Below are positions 1 through 7,575 of a stretch of DNA of 33,604 bases, in pieces; positions within the stretch are counted from its first letter, which is position 1, and every line of letters starts with the position of its first letter. A model generated the notes under the pieces. The model worked only from the letters and a program-made list of their open reading frames with translations, was not told where the DNA came from and searched no databases. This DNA is from Chloroflexota bacterium (GTDB lineage: Bacteria; Chloroflexota; Limnocylindria; Limnocylindrales; CSP1-4). The position numbers and the translations under genes were made by a program. The DNA lies in the NCBI GenBank assembly GCA_016875645.1, contig VGPE01000003.1:1-33604 (forward strand). Reading direction: 5' to 3'.

Positions 1-5
1 CCCGA

Positions 6-24
6 TACTCCGGGGGAGTACCAT
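6..24 (+). promoter_or_regulatory. CsoR/RcnR-type operator TACTCC-GGG-GGAGTA (6-20) overlapping a -10-like TACCAT (19-24)
   Basis: Perfect 6-bp inverted repeat around a G-tract, the TAC(T)...G-tract...(A)GTA architecture of CsoR/RcnR operators. It lies directly upstream of a CsoR-family gene, and the -10 sits 6 nt before the ATG (leaderless geometry). Confidence 0.75.
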
Positions 25-30
25 TCGAGC

Positions 31-378
31 ATGGTCATCGAGCACCGCCCGGACGAGCCCGGCGAGACGTTCCGGCATGCCTACACGAAGGACAAGTCGC
101 AGCTCCTGCGCCGCCTGAGCCGGATCGAGGGCCAGGTGCGCGGCATCGGCCGGATGATCGAGCGCGATGAGTACTGCGTCGACATCCTCCAGCAGACCTC
201 TGCGCTTCGAGCCGCCGTGGACGCTCTCGCCATCCTGGTGCTCGAGGATCACGTCCAGGGTTGCGTGCGGACGGCCGCCGAGCGCGGTGAAGCCGACGTG
301 TACGCGGCCGAGGTCCTCGATGTGGTGCGCCGGACGCTGGGACGCCCGACCCGAGGCGGAGGCCCACGGACCGGCTGA
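31..378 (+). CDS. csoR: CsoR/RcnR family metal-sensing transcriptional repressor
   Basis: RRLSRIEGQVRGIGRMIE..YCVDILQQ..LEDHVQGC: the Cys...His-x3-Cys ligand set of CsoR. Confidence 0.9.
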   Translation: MVIEHRPDEPGETFRHAYTKDKSQLLRRLSRIEGQVRGIGRMIERDEYCVDILQQTSALRAAVDALAILVLEDHVQGCVRTAAERGEADVYAAEVLDVVRRTLGRPTRGGGPRTG

Positions 379-392
379 TCGCCGGTCCTTCT
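368..392 (+). terminator. Hairpin overlapping the csoR stop (possible terminator)
   Basis: GGACCGGC-TGATC-GCCGGTCC, an 8-bp perfect stem followed by a weak TTCT tail. Confidence 0.4.
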
Positions 393-599
393 GCCGTGCA
401 AATCTCGGCAGGTCGGGTGAAGACGCATCGAACGATGGGCGGGGGGATCGGGCCCGTCCTGATCGCCGCCGGGGAGCGGATCGCGAGGCGTCGTTCCATG
501 CGCCTGCGCGCGATCACGGGTGGAGTGAGCGAAGCTCCCGGGCGCCGGTCGCCCTGACGAGGCGGAAGGCCGAGCACGGGTCGTGGAGAGGCCGCCGTG

Positions 600-640
600 T
601 TATCCACGATTTCCGGAAGTCCTCCACCGTTCGTGGATAA
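600..640. promoter_or_regulatory. Inverted pair of DnaA-box-like sites
   Basis: TTATCCACGA (600-609) and TCGTGGATAA (631-640) form a perfect 10-bp inverted repeat. Each matches TTATCCACA at 8/9. Confidence 0.55.
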
Positions 641-645
641 GGCCG

Positions 646-674
646 TTGACGCCGCCGGTGGCCGCTCGTAGCGT
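646..674 (+). promoter_or_regulatory. sigma70-type promoter upstream of rsmG
   Basis: TTGACG (646-651), 17-bp spacer, TAGCGT (669-674). Confidence 0.6.
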
Positions 675-851
675 CGCCCTTCCGCACGGCCCGCAGGGGA
701 ACCCGGGTAACGTGATCCGCCAGGGGTCCGGGGAAACCCGGCCACTTCGCACCGGACGGATCATGGAAAACCGCGATGTCGGCAGTGCGCAGCAGTCGAT
801 GACGGGAGCGGCTCGCGTCTCGGGTCCGGTCGTGACCTGGCGCACTGGCCG

Positions 852-1634
852 ATGATGACGCGCGACGAGCCGCTCCCGCCTCGCCCCGGGCGCATCGCGT
901 TGCCGGGATCTGTATCCGCCACACCTCCGTTGCCGGCCTCGACCCGGGCCCTGCTCGATTCGGGCCTCGAGCGTCTCGGCCTCGAATTGCCTGCCGGCGC
1001 TCGCGCGGCTCTGGAGGGCCACGCCCGGCTGCTGCTGGCCTGGACACCACACATCAACCTCACGGCGATCCGCGAGCCCGCCGACGTCGCCCGCGAGCAC
1101 CTGCTCGACTCACTCGCAGCCGTCGGGCTGCTGCGCTCGGGCGGCGTGCGCCGGCTGCTCGACCTGGGCAGCGGAGGCGGATTCCCTGGCATCCCGCTGG
1201 CGATCGCGCTGCCCGAGTCAACGGTGATCCTCGTGGAATCGATCGCAAAGAAGGCACGGTTCCTGGGGGTGGCGGTCGACGCACTCGGTCTGGGGGACCG
1301 GGTCGCGGTTCGAAACGCACGCGCCGAAGCCCTCGCCGCGTTGACCGGCTCCCCCGGCCTGCCCGTGGAGGCCGTCTGCGTCCGTGCCGTCGCCGGCCTC
1401 GGCGCCGTGGCCGGTCTCGCGGCACCCCTCCTGGCCCCCGGCGGCTGGCTCGTCGCATGGAAGCGCGGCGATGTCGCCGCGGAGATCGCGGCCGCCGGTC
1501 CGGACCTCGAGGCCAGCGGGTTCGGCCCGGCCCTCGCCCACACCGTTGACGTGGCGGGACTGGAAGACCATCGCCTCGTCGTCGCGACGCTGGTCCGCCC
1601 GCCTCCCCGGCGGGCTCATCGGCGGGCACGCTAG
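852..1634 (+). CDS. rsmG: 16S rRNA m7G527 methyltransferase RsmG (GidB)
   Basis: WTPHINLTAIR, HLLDSL, LLDLGSGGGFPGIPLAI, ESIAKKARFL, VRAVA, AWKRG motifs. Confidence 0.95.
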   Translation: MMTRDEPLPPRPGRIALPGSVSATPPLPASTRALLDSGLERLGLELPAGARAALEGHARLLLAWTPHINLTAIREPADVAREHLLDSLAAVGLLRSGGVRRLLDLGSGGGFPGIPLAIALPESTVILVESIAKKARFLGVAVDALGLGDRVAVRNARAEALAALTGSPGLPVEAVCVRAVAGLGAVAGLAAPLLAPGGWLVAWKRGDVAAEIAAAGPDLEASGFGPALAHTVDVAGLEDHRLVVATLVRPPPRRAHRRAR

Positions 1635-1674
1635 GCTCATCTCCATGCCCCTTCCGCCCCGGCTCCCCTGAAGC

Positions 1675-2397
1675 GTGCGGGTCCTGATCGTCTCGGACGT
1701 GCACGCGAACCTGCGTGCGCTCGACGCCGTCCTCGAAGCGGCCGGCTCCGTTGATGCTGTCTGGCATCTCGGCGACGTGGTCGGGTACGGCCCCGACCCG
1801 GACGCCGTGGTGGATCGACTCCGGTCGCGGGGAGCGGTCGGCGTTCGCGGCAACCACGATGCGGCGGCACTCGGCGGCCGTGAGATCGAGCAGTTCAACG
1901 CGTACGCGCGACGCGCGATGGAGTGGACGCGCGACGCGATCCGCGAGGAGACGCGCGCCTGGCTCGCGGATCTCCCAGAGCGACTGATGATCGGCCAGTT
2001 CACGTTGGTCCACGGCAGTCCACGAGACCCGATCTGGGAGTACATCAGCTCGGGCCCCGTGGCGCGCGCGAACCTCTCGGCCTTCGAAACCGCGTATTGC
2101 CTCCACGGGCATACACACGTGCCGGCGGCCTTCCGCGACGATGATGGGCGGCTCACGTCGATCGCGCCCGCGGGGGGCTCGTCGCTGGTGTTGGACTCGC
2201 GGCGGGTCCTGCTCAACCCGGGCAGCGTCGGCCAGCCCCGTGACGGGATCGCGACCGCGAGTTACCTCGTGCTGGACCTGGAACGACGTGAGACCCGTTG
2301 GCGACGGGCGGCCTACGACATCGGCGCCACCCAGGCGGCGATGACGGCGCTCGGCCTTCCGCCGCCGCTCGTGGCCCGCCTGAAACACGGCGTGTGA
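1675..2397 (+). CDS. Calcineurin-like metallophosphoesterase
   Basis: SDVHAN, GDVVGYG, GNHD, HGSP, HGHTH and NPGSVGQPRD motifs. Confidence 0.9.
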   Translation: MRVLIVSDVHANLRALDAVLEAAGSVDAVWHLGDVVGYGPDPDAVVDRLRSRGAVGVRGNHDAAALGGREIEQFNAYARRAMEWTRDAIREETRAWLADLPERLMIGQFTLVHGSPRDPIWEYISSGPVARANLSAFETAYCLHGHTHVPAAFRDDDGRLTSIAPAGGSSLVLDSRRVLLNPGSVGQPRDGIATASYLVLDLERRETRWRRAAYDIGATQAAMTALGLPPPLVARLKHGV

Positions 2398-2503
2398 TGA
2401 CGCGACCCCGTGATAGCCTCCGGCCGATGTCCAACCCGCCGCGAGGCCAGGGGGCGCGCGGCCACCCGGGTCCAGCCCTGCTGCGAAGGCGATTCCTGAG
2501 CCG

Positions 2504-4513
2504 GTGAGCGACCCAAGCCGACCCCTTCCGGGGCGCAAGATCGCCGATCGTCGTGTCCGCGTGGAGCGACCCCACGCGGCGTACTTCCGATACACCGGAC
2601 GAGGCCAGCTCAAGGCCAAGCCGGCGGCCAGTCTCCCCACCACCCCGGCCGGCCGCCTCGCGGCGCGCCTGAAGTCGATTGCCCTCGGGCGCCCCCTTGC
2701 CAACGAGGAGGAGGCCGGCGAGCGCCTGAGCAAGAAGAAGGCGCTCGCGATCTTCAGTTCCGACGCGATCTCGTCCTCGGCGTACGCGACCGAGGAGATC
2801 GTCCGCGTCCTCGTCCTGGGCGGAGTGGCAGCTCTGGCGCTGAGCCTGCCGGTCAGCATCGCCATCGCCCTCCTCCTGGGCGTCGTGGCGTTCAGCTACC
2901 GCCAGGTCTGCATCGCCTATCCGACGGGCGGTGGCTCCTACTCGGTCTCGAAGGCGAACTTCGGCAAGATCGCTTCACTCGTCGCCGCCTCGGCGCTCCT
3001 GATCGACTACACGCTCACGGTCGCCGTGTCGACGTCGTCGGCCGTGGAGCAGATCGTCTCGGCGGTCCCGAGCGTGGCGCCGATCGCCGTGCTGATCGGC
3101 GTCGGCGCGATTGCGCTGCTCACGATCGGCAACCTGCGCGGGCTGCGCGAGGCAGGGAACATCTTCGCGGTCCCGACGTACCTGTTCCTGGGCGCGGCGC
3201 TGCTCACGATCGTGCTCGGGGTCATCCAGGTCCTGGGCGGCGACCAGGCCGCCTACACGGCCGAGCAGCTTGCCCGTCAGCAGTCCTCGGTCGAGTCGTT
3301 GAGCATGATCCTCGTACTTCGGGCGTTCGCGTCGGGCGCGGTCGCGCTGACTGGCACCGAAGCGATCGCAACGGGCGTGCCCGCGTTCCAGCCACCCGAA
3401 TCAAGGAACGCTGCCACGACCCTTCTCGTGATGGGCGTGCTGCTGGCCACGCTGTTCATCGGCATCACGTTCCTCGCGGTGAACTTCGCGGTGCTGCCGA
3501 TCGAACAGTCGGCGCGCGAGACCGTGATCGCGCAGGTCGCGGCCCACGTCTACGGCGACGGCTCGATTCCATTCTTCCTGTTCCAGGCGTTCACCGCCCT
3601 GTTGCTGTTCCTGGCCGCGAACACGAGCTTTGCCGCGTTCCCGCGCCTCGCCGCGGTCCTCGCCCAGGACGGCTTCTTCCCCCGCCAGTTCTCGTTCCGC
3701 GGCGACCGGCTCGCGTTCTCGATGGGCATCGTGGTGCTGGGCGTCTTCGCCGCGGCCCTCGTGATCGCGGTCGGCGGCCACACCCACACGCTGATTCCCC
3801 TGTACGCGGTCGGGGTGTTCACCGATTTCACGATCAGCCAGGCGGGCATGATCCGCCACTGGCTGCGCGAGCGGCCGCCGGGCTGGCGCTATCGGCTGGC
3901 GATCAACGCGATCGGCTGCGTGGCCACCGCCGTTGTGGCGATCGTCGTCACCACCGTCAAGTTCGTGGACGGCGCGTGGCTGGTGATCCTGCTGATCCCG
4001 ACCTTCGTCGGGCTGATGATGTTCGTTCACCGCCAGTACGCCGAGCAGGCGCGCGAGCTGCATGTCCGCGACGACATCGTGATCCCGGGGCCGCATCGAT
4101 CGCAGCGCGTGGTGATCCCAGTGCCGGGCATCAACCGGGCCGTGGTGCAGGCGGTCAACTTCGCCCGGGCCATCGGGCCTGACATCCGGGGCGTCTACGT
4201 CACCGACGACATCGAGGGAGGCGAGGAACTGCGGCACCGGTGGGAGCGCCAGTTCCCGGAGGTGACCCTGGTGCTCGTCGAGTCGCCGTTTCGCGCGTTC
4301 ATCGGGCCCTTCGTGGCGTATCTCGACGTTCTCGACCGGGAGTGGCCCGCGGAACAGGAGGCGCCGATCACGATCGTGGTCCTGCCCGAGTACGTGGCAC
4401 GCCACTGGTGGGACCGGCTGCTCTACAACCAGACCGCCAAGCGGCTCAAGGCCACTCTCGTCGGCCGCGAGCACACGGTCATCGCGGACGTCCCGTACCG
4501 CCGCGACCACTGA
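2504..4513 (+). CDS. APC-superfamily transporter, KimA/YdaO-type (probable K+/H+ symporter)
   Basis: LAIFSSDAISSSAYATEEI, YPTGGGSY, ALTGTEAI, AANTSFAAFPRL, LIPLYAVGVF; about 12 TM segments plus a C-terminal cytosolic domain (SPFR, WWDRLLYNQTA). Adjacent to TrkA genes. Confidence 0.85.
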   Translation: MSDPSRPLPGRKIADRRVRVERPHAAYFRYTGRGQLKAKPAASLPTTPAGRLAARLKSIALGRPLANEEEAGERLSKKKALAIFSSDAISSSAYATEEIVRVLVLGGVAALALSLPVSIAIALLLGVVAFSYRQVCIAYPTGGGSYSVSKANFGKIASLVAASALLIDYTLTVAVSTSSAVEQIVSAVPSVAPIAVLIGVGAIALLTIGNLRGLREAGNIFAVPTYLFLGAALLTIVLGVIQVLGGDQAAYTAEQLARQQSSVESLSMILVLRAFASGAVALTGTEAIATGVPAFQPPESRNAATTLLVMGVLLATLFIGITFLAVNFAVLPIEQSARETVIAQVAAHVYGDGSIPFFLFQAFTALLLFLAANTSFAAFPRLAAVLAQDGFFPRQFSFRGDRLAFSMGIVVLGVFAAALVIAVGGHTHTLIPLYAVGVFTDFTISQAGMIRHWLRERPPGWRYRLAINAIGCVATAVVAIVVTTVKFVDGAWLVILLIPTFVGLMMFVHRQYAEQARELHVRDDIVIPGPHRSQRVVIPVPGINRAVVQAVNFARAIGPDIRGVYVTDDIEGGEELRHRWERQFPEVTLVLVESPFRAFIGPFVAYLDVLDREWPAEQEAPITIVVLPEYVARHWWDRLLYNQTAKRLKATLVGREHTVIADVPYRRDH

Positions 4514-4581
4514 CCGCCGCGGGTGGCGACGCCCGCCCTTCGGCCGGCGGCTGGCCGACCGCCGAGCGCACGTGCCGCCGG

Positions 4582-4590
4582 TGGTATCGT
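4582..4590 (+). promoter_or_regulatory. Possible extended -10 promoter (TGgTATCGT) for usp-trkA-trkA
   Basis: TGn-TATCGT within the intergenic gap upstream of the USP gene. Confidence 0.3.
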
Positions 4591-4680
4591 GACCACCGCG
4601 CGTTCCGGGCCGGCCGGGCGCGAGAGCCGACCGCATTCGTCGCCGGAAACCGCCGCAGACCGCGGCTCGGAGCTGACCCT

Positions 4681-5139
4681 TTGGCGGACGCCAATCACGC
4701 ACCGTTTCGGCGTGCCGTGCTGGCCGTGAACGGCGGGCCGACCGATCGCCAGATCGTGCGCCTGGCCTGCGACCTTGCGAAACCCTGGAAGTCGGAGATC
4801 GTGGCGGTCCACGTGGTGGAGATCGATTGGACGCTCCCGCTCGATGCCGACGTCGCCGGACGCTCGGAGGAGGCGCAGCGCGTGCTCGACTTCGCCGAGG
4901 CCGTGGCGGAGGAATCGAAGTACCGCGTCCAGGTCGTCCTGCTCCAGGCACGCGACGTGGGGGCGGCCCTCGTCGACGAGGCGAGTGAGCGCAACGCCGA
5001 CCTGGTGGTGCTCGGACTGCCGTATCGGACCAGGTTCGGCGGCGACTTCGAGATCGGCCGCACCATTCCGTACGTGCTCAAGAACACCCAGTGCAGCGTC
5101 TGGGTGGTCCGCCAAGCGATGCTCGAGGGTTCCCCATGA
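4681..5139 (+). CDS. Universal stress protein (USP) domain protein
   Basis: TTG start after GGAG. RRAVLAVNGG, IVAVHVVE, ADLVVLG, IGRTIPYVLKNTQCSVWVV match the USP fold. Stop overlaps the next start (ATGA). Confidence 0.85.
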   Translation: MADANHAPFRRAVLAVNGGPTDRQIVRLACDLAKPWKSEIVAVHVVEIDWTLPLDADVAGRSEEAQRVLDFAEAVAEESKYRVQVVLLQARDVGAALVDEASERNADLVVLGLPYRTRFGGDFEIGRTIPYVLKNTQCSVWVVRQAMLEGSP

Positions 5140-5654
5140 AGGTGGTCATCGTCGGTTGCGGGCGCGTCGGCGCGCTGCTGGCCGCCACGTTCGCGGCAGC
5201 CGGTCACAACGTCTCCATCATCGATACCTCGACGACGGCGTTCGAGCGGCTGCCGTCGTCGTTCCGGGGCGATGCGATCCGCGGCAACGGCACCGACGAG
5301 GCGGTCCTCCGGCGTGCCGGGGCGCAGGACTGCGATCTGTTCCTCGCACTCACAGAGGGTGACAATCGCAACGTGATGTCCGCCCAGCTCGCGGCCGAGG
5401 TGTTCGGCGCGCGCAAGTCCGTCGCCAAGCTCAACGACCCCGTGCGAGCGGAGGCCTACGCCGAGCTCGGAATCGCGACCATCTGCCGCACGTCGCTCAT
5501 GGCGGACGCCATCCTGGCCTTCGCCGGTCTGGCGGGCAGCGGGGCGCCGGTGATCCGGGTGCCCAGCGGCGGCCACGACGATGCGGCTCAGCTTCACGAC
5601 GCGCTCCTCCCGGAACCCGGGGCCGGCGCCGGCTCCACCACGCGAGGTCGGTGA
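5136..5654 (+). CDS. TrkA/KtrA-family RCK_N protein (short, lacks RCK_C)
   Basis: MKVVIVGCGRVG Rossmann motif, GNGTDEAVLRRAG, ALTEGDNRN. Confidence 0.85.
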   Translation: MKVVIVGCGRVGALLAATFAAAGHNVSIIDTSTTAFERLPSSFRGDAIRGNGTDEAVLRRAGAQDCDLFLALTEGDNRNVMSAQLAAEVFGARKSVAKLNDPVRAEAYAELGIATICRTSLMADAILAFAGLAGSGAPVIRVPSGGHDDAAQLHDALLPEPGAGAGSTTRGR

Positions 5655-5655
5655 C

Positions 5656-6339
5656 ATGTTCGTTCTGGTCGTCGGCGGAGGGCGCGTCGGCTACTACCTG
5701 ACGCGCGAGTTGATCCAGTCCGGTCATGAAGTTGTGCTGATGGAGAAGGACCGCGCGCGGGCAACGCAGATCGCCGACGAGATCGGCTCGATCGTCATCC
5801 CCCACGACGGCTGTGAGGGCAAGTACCTCGCCGAGGCCGGTGCGAACCGCGCCGACGTAGTGGCCGCCGTGACCGGCGACGACGAGGACAACCTGGTCAT
5901 CTGCCAGATGGCCAAGCACCACTTCGATGTGCCCAAGACGATCGCGCGCGTGAACAACCCGGCCAACGAGGCGCTCTTCGAGCACCTTGGCGTCGACGAT
6001 CAGATCTCGCCGACCCGGATGATCCTGGCGTCCATCGAGCAGGAGATCCCCGTCCGGGAGCTGCTCCACCTGGCGGCACTCGGCGGCGAGGGTGATCTCG
6101 AACTCATCGAGGCCCAGATCGACGACCGGTCACCGGCCATCGGCCGGGCTGCCCAGGACCTGGGCGTTCCGAACGGCTGCTCGCTGTTCGCCGTGATCCG
6201 CGGCGGCGTGGCGACACCCGTCGGCTCGGACACGGTGCTCCGTCAGGGCGACAAGGTCCTTGCGATCGGCCGCCGAGAGTGCGAAGCGGAGCTGCGCGAG
6301 CAGTTGATCGGGGCGGAGATCGGGGCTCCGGGTCTCTGA
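5656..6339 (+). CDS. trkA: TrkA/KtrA-family K+ transport regulatory protein (RCK_N + RCK_C)
   Basis: VVGGGRVG, AVTGDDEDNLVIC, IARVNNP; C-terminal SPAIGR..AVIRGG..TVLRQGDKV is RCK_C-like. Confidence 0.88.
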   Translation: MFVLVVGGGRVGYYLTRELIQSGHEVVLMEKDRARATQIADEIGSIVIPHDGCEGKYLAEAGANRADVVAAVTGDDEDNLVICQMAKHHFDVPKTIARVNNPANEALFEHLGVDDQISPTRMILASIEQEIPVRELLHLAALGGEGDLELIEAQIDDRSPAIGRAAQDLGVPNGCSLFAVIRGGVATPVGSDTVLRQGDKVLAIGRRECEAELREQLIGAEIGAPGL

Positions 6340-6461
6340 CGCCCGGCCGTCACGGCCGCGTCCCTCCTTCGCAGGCCGAGCGTATCCCCGTGACGGGTTC
6401 CGTGCCCGCCTGCCCGGAAGCTCCGGGCCCTCGTTGCCTGCCCGCACCACGCCCGCGACTC

Positions 6462-6491
6462 TTGACAATGATGTTGTCAATATTCTAGGAT
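6462..6491 (+). promoter_or_regulatory. Heat-shock operon promoter with palindromic operator TTGACA-N7-TGTCAA
   Basis: TTGACAAtgatgTTGTCAA (6462-6480) is a perfect 7-bp inverted repeat. Its left arm is a consensus -35, with TAGGAT (-10) 18 bp downstream. Confidence 0.75.
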
Positions 6492-6587
6492 GTGCCACAT
6501 CCGGTGCGAGGTGCATCGGACGGGCCCGCGGGTCCACCCCAGGCAACCCGGGCCGGGAGGTCCGGAGATCATTCCAGGAGGTTCGAG

Positions 6588-7109
6588 ATGACGATCGCAC
6601 GGCGGCCGTCGCCGTTCGGCGAGCTCGTTTCGCTCCGCCAGGCGATGGACCGGCTCTTCGAGGACAGCTTCGTTCGGCCCCGCATGTGGGCCGGTTCTGC
6701 ACTCGAGAGCTCCAGTCTCGCCCTCGATGCCAAGGTCACGGCGGACGAGCTGCTCGTCCGGGCGTCGCTCCCCGGGGTCAAGCCCGAGGACGTCGAGATC
6801 ACGATCGAGAACGGGACGTTGACCATCTCCGGCGAGTCCCGGAGCGAGACGAAGGAGGAGTCCGATCAGTACCTGCTGCAGGAGATCCGGCGCGGCACCT
6901 TCGCCCGCTCGGTGACTCTGCCCAACGGCCTCGAGGCGGACAAGGCCGCGGCCACGTTCGACAACGGCATCCTGACCCTGCGCATTCCGCGCGCGGAGCA
7001 GGTGAAGCCACGGACGATCCGGATCACCCCGACAAGCGATGGCTCCGCACGCGACATCAGCACCGCTGGCGCCGGCCACGCCACCGCTCGCATCGAACAG
7101 CCCGCCTGA
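6588..7109 (+). CDS. Hsp20/alpha-crystallin small heat-shock protein
   Basis: SD AGGAGG. LRQAMDRLFEDSF, ASLPGVKPEDVEITIENGTLTISGE, GTFARSVTLP, ATFDNGILTLRIPR. Confidence 0.95.
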   Translation: MTIARRPSPFGELVSLRQAMDRLFEDSFVRPRMWAGSALESSSLALDAKVTADELLVRASLPGVKPEDVEITIENGTLTISGESRSETKEESDQYLLQEIRRGTFARSVTLPNGLEADKAAATFDNGILTLRIPRAEQVKPRTIRITPTSDGSARDISTAGAGHATARIEQPA

Positions 7110-7110
7110 C

Positions 7111-7488
7111 GTGCACGGCCGCCCCGATCGTGACCCCACTCGCCCGGTCTACGTCATCAGCGTGGCCGCGAGCATCGTCAGCGTCCACCCGCGGACGTTG
7201 CGCATCTACGAGGATGAGGGGCTGATCGCGCCGGCTCGTACCCCCACCAACATCCGGCTCTATAGCGAGAACGACATCCGGCGGGTCCTGTGGATCCGCC
7301 ACCTCACCCAGGAACGAGGCGTCAATCTGGCCGGCATCCGCGTCCTCTTCAAGCTCGAAGAGCGCCTGGGGACGCGGATCCTGGAGCTCCTCTACGACGA
7401 GCGGGCGCGGGATCGCACGGGCGAGCCGGGCACAGCCACCGGCGACCGACCGGTCCGGGTCGGTTCGCGTCGAGGCTGCCAGCCGTGA
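7111..7488 (+). CDS. hspR: MerR-family heat-shock repressor, HspR-like
   Basis: PVYVISVAA..VHPRTLRIYEDEGLIAPART..RLYSENDI..GVNLAGI, typical of HspR. Lies in a chaperone/protease cluster. GTG start chosen just after the hsp20 stop. Confidence 0.8.
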   Translation: MHGRPDRDPTRPVYVISVAASIVSVHPRTLRIYEDEGLIAPARTPTNIRLYSENDIRRVLWIRHLTQERGVNLAGIRVLFKLEERLGTRILELLYDERARDRTGEPGTATGDRPVRVGSRRGCQP

Positions 7489-7575
7489 TCAGCGCCACCA
7501 CGTCACAGATCCGGACGACGGCCGCGATGGCGACGTTGCCCGCGCGCAAGCGAAGCCATCCCCAGAGGAGATTCC

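Noticed and set aside
379-851. Calling this region oriC, or accepting its short ORFs
   Set aside because: Only two good boxes, no AT-rich unwinding element and no dnaA/dnaN in the window. The ORFs are low-complexity with no motifs.
2398-2503. c-di-AMP (ydaO) riboswitch upstream of the KimA-type gene
   Set aside because: The consensus elements (GCTGAATCC, GGGTGAATCC, GTCAGCTAAC) are absent and the gap is short.
6340-6587. Canonical HAIR or CIRCE elements at the heat-shock promoters
   Set aside because: Neither CTTGAGT-N7-ACTCAAG nor TTAGCACTC-N9-GAGTGCTAA is present; only the variant palindrome reported above.
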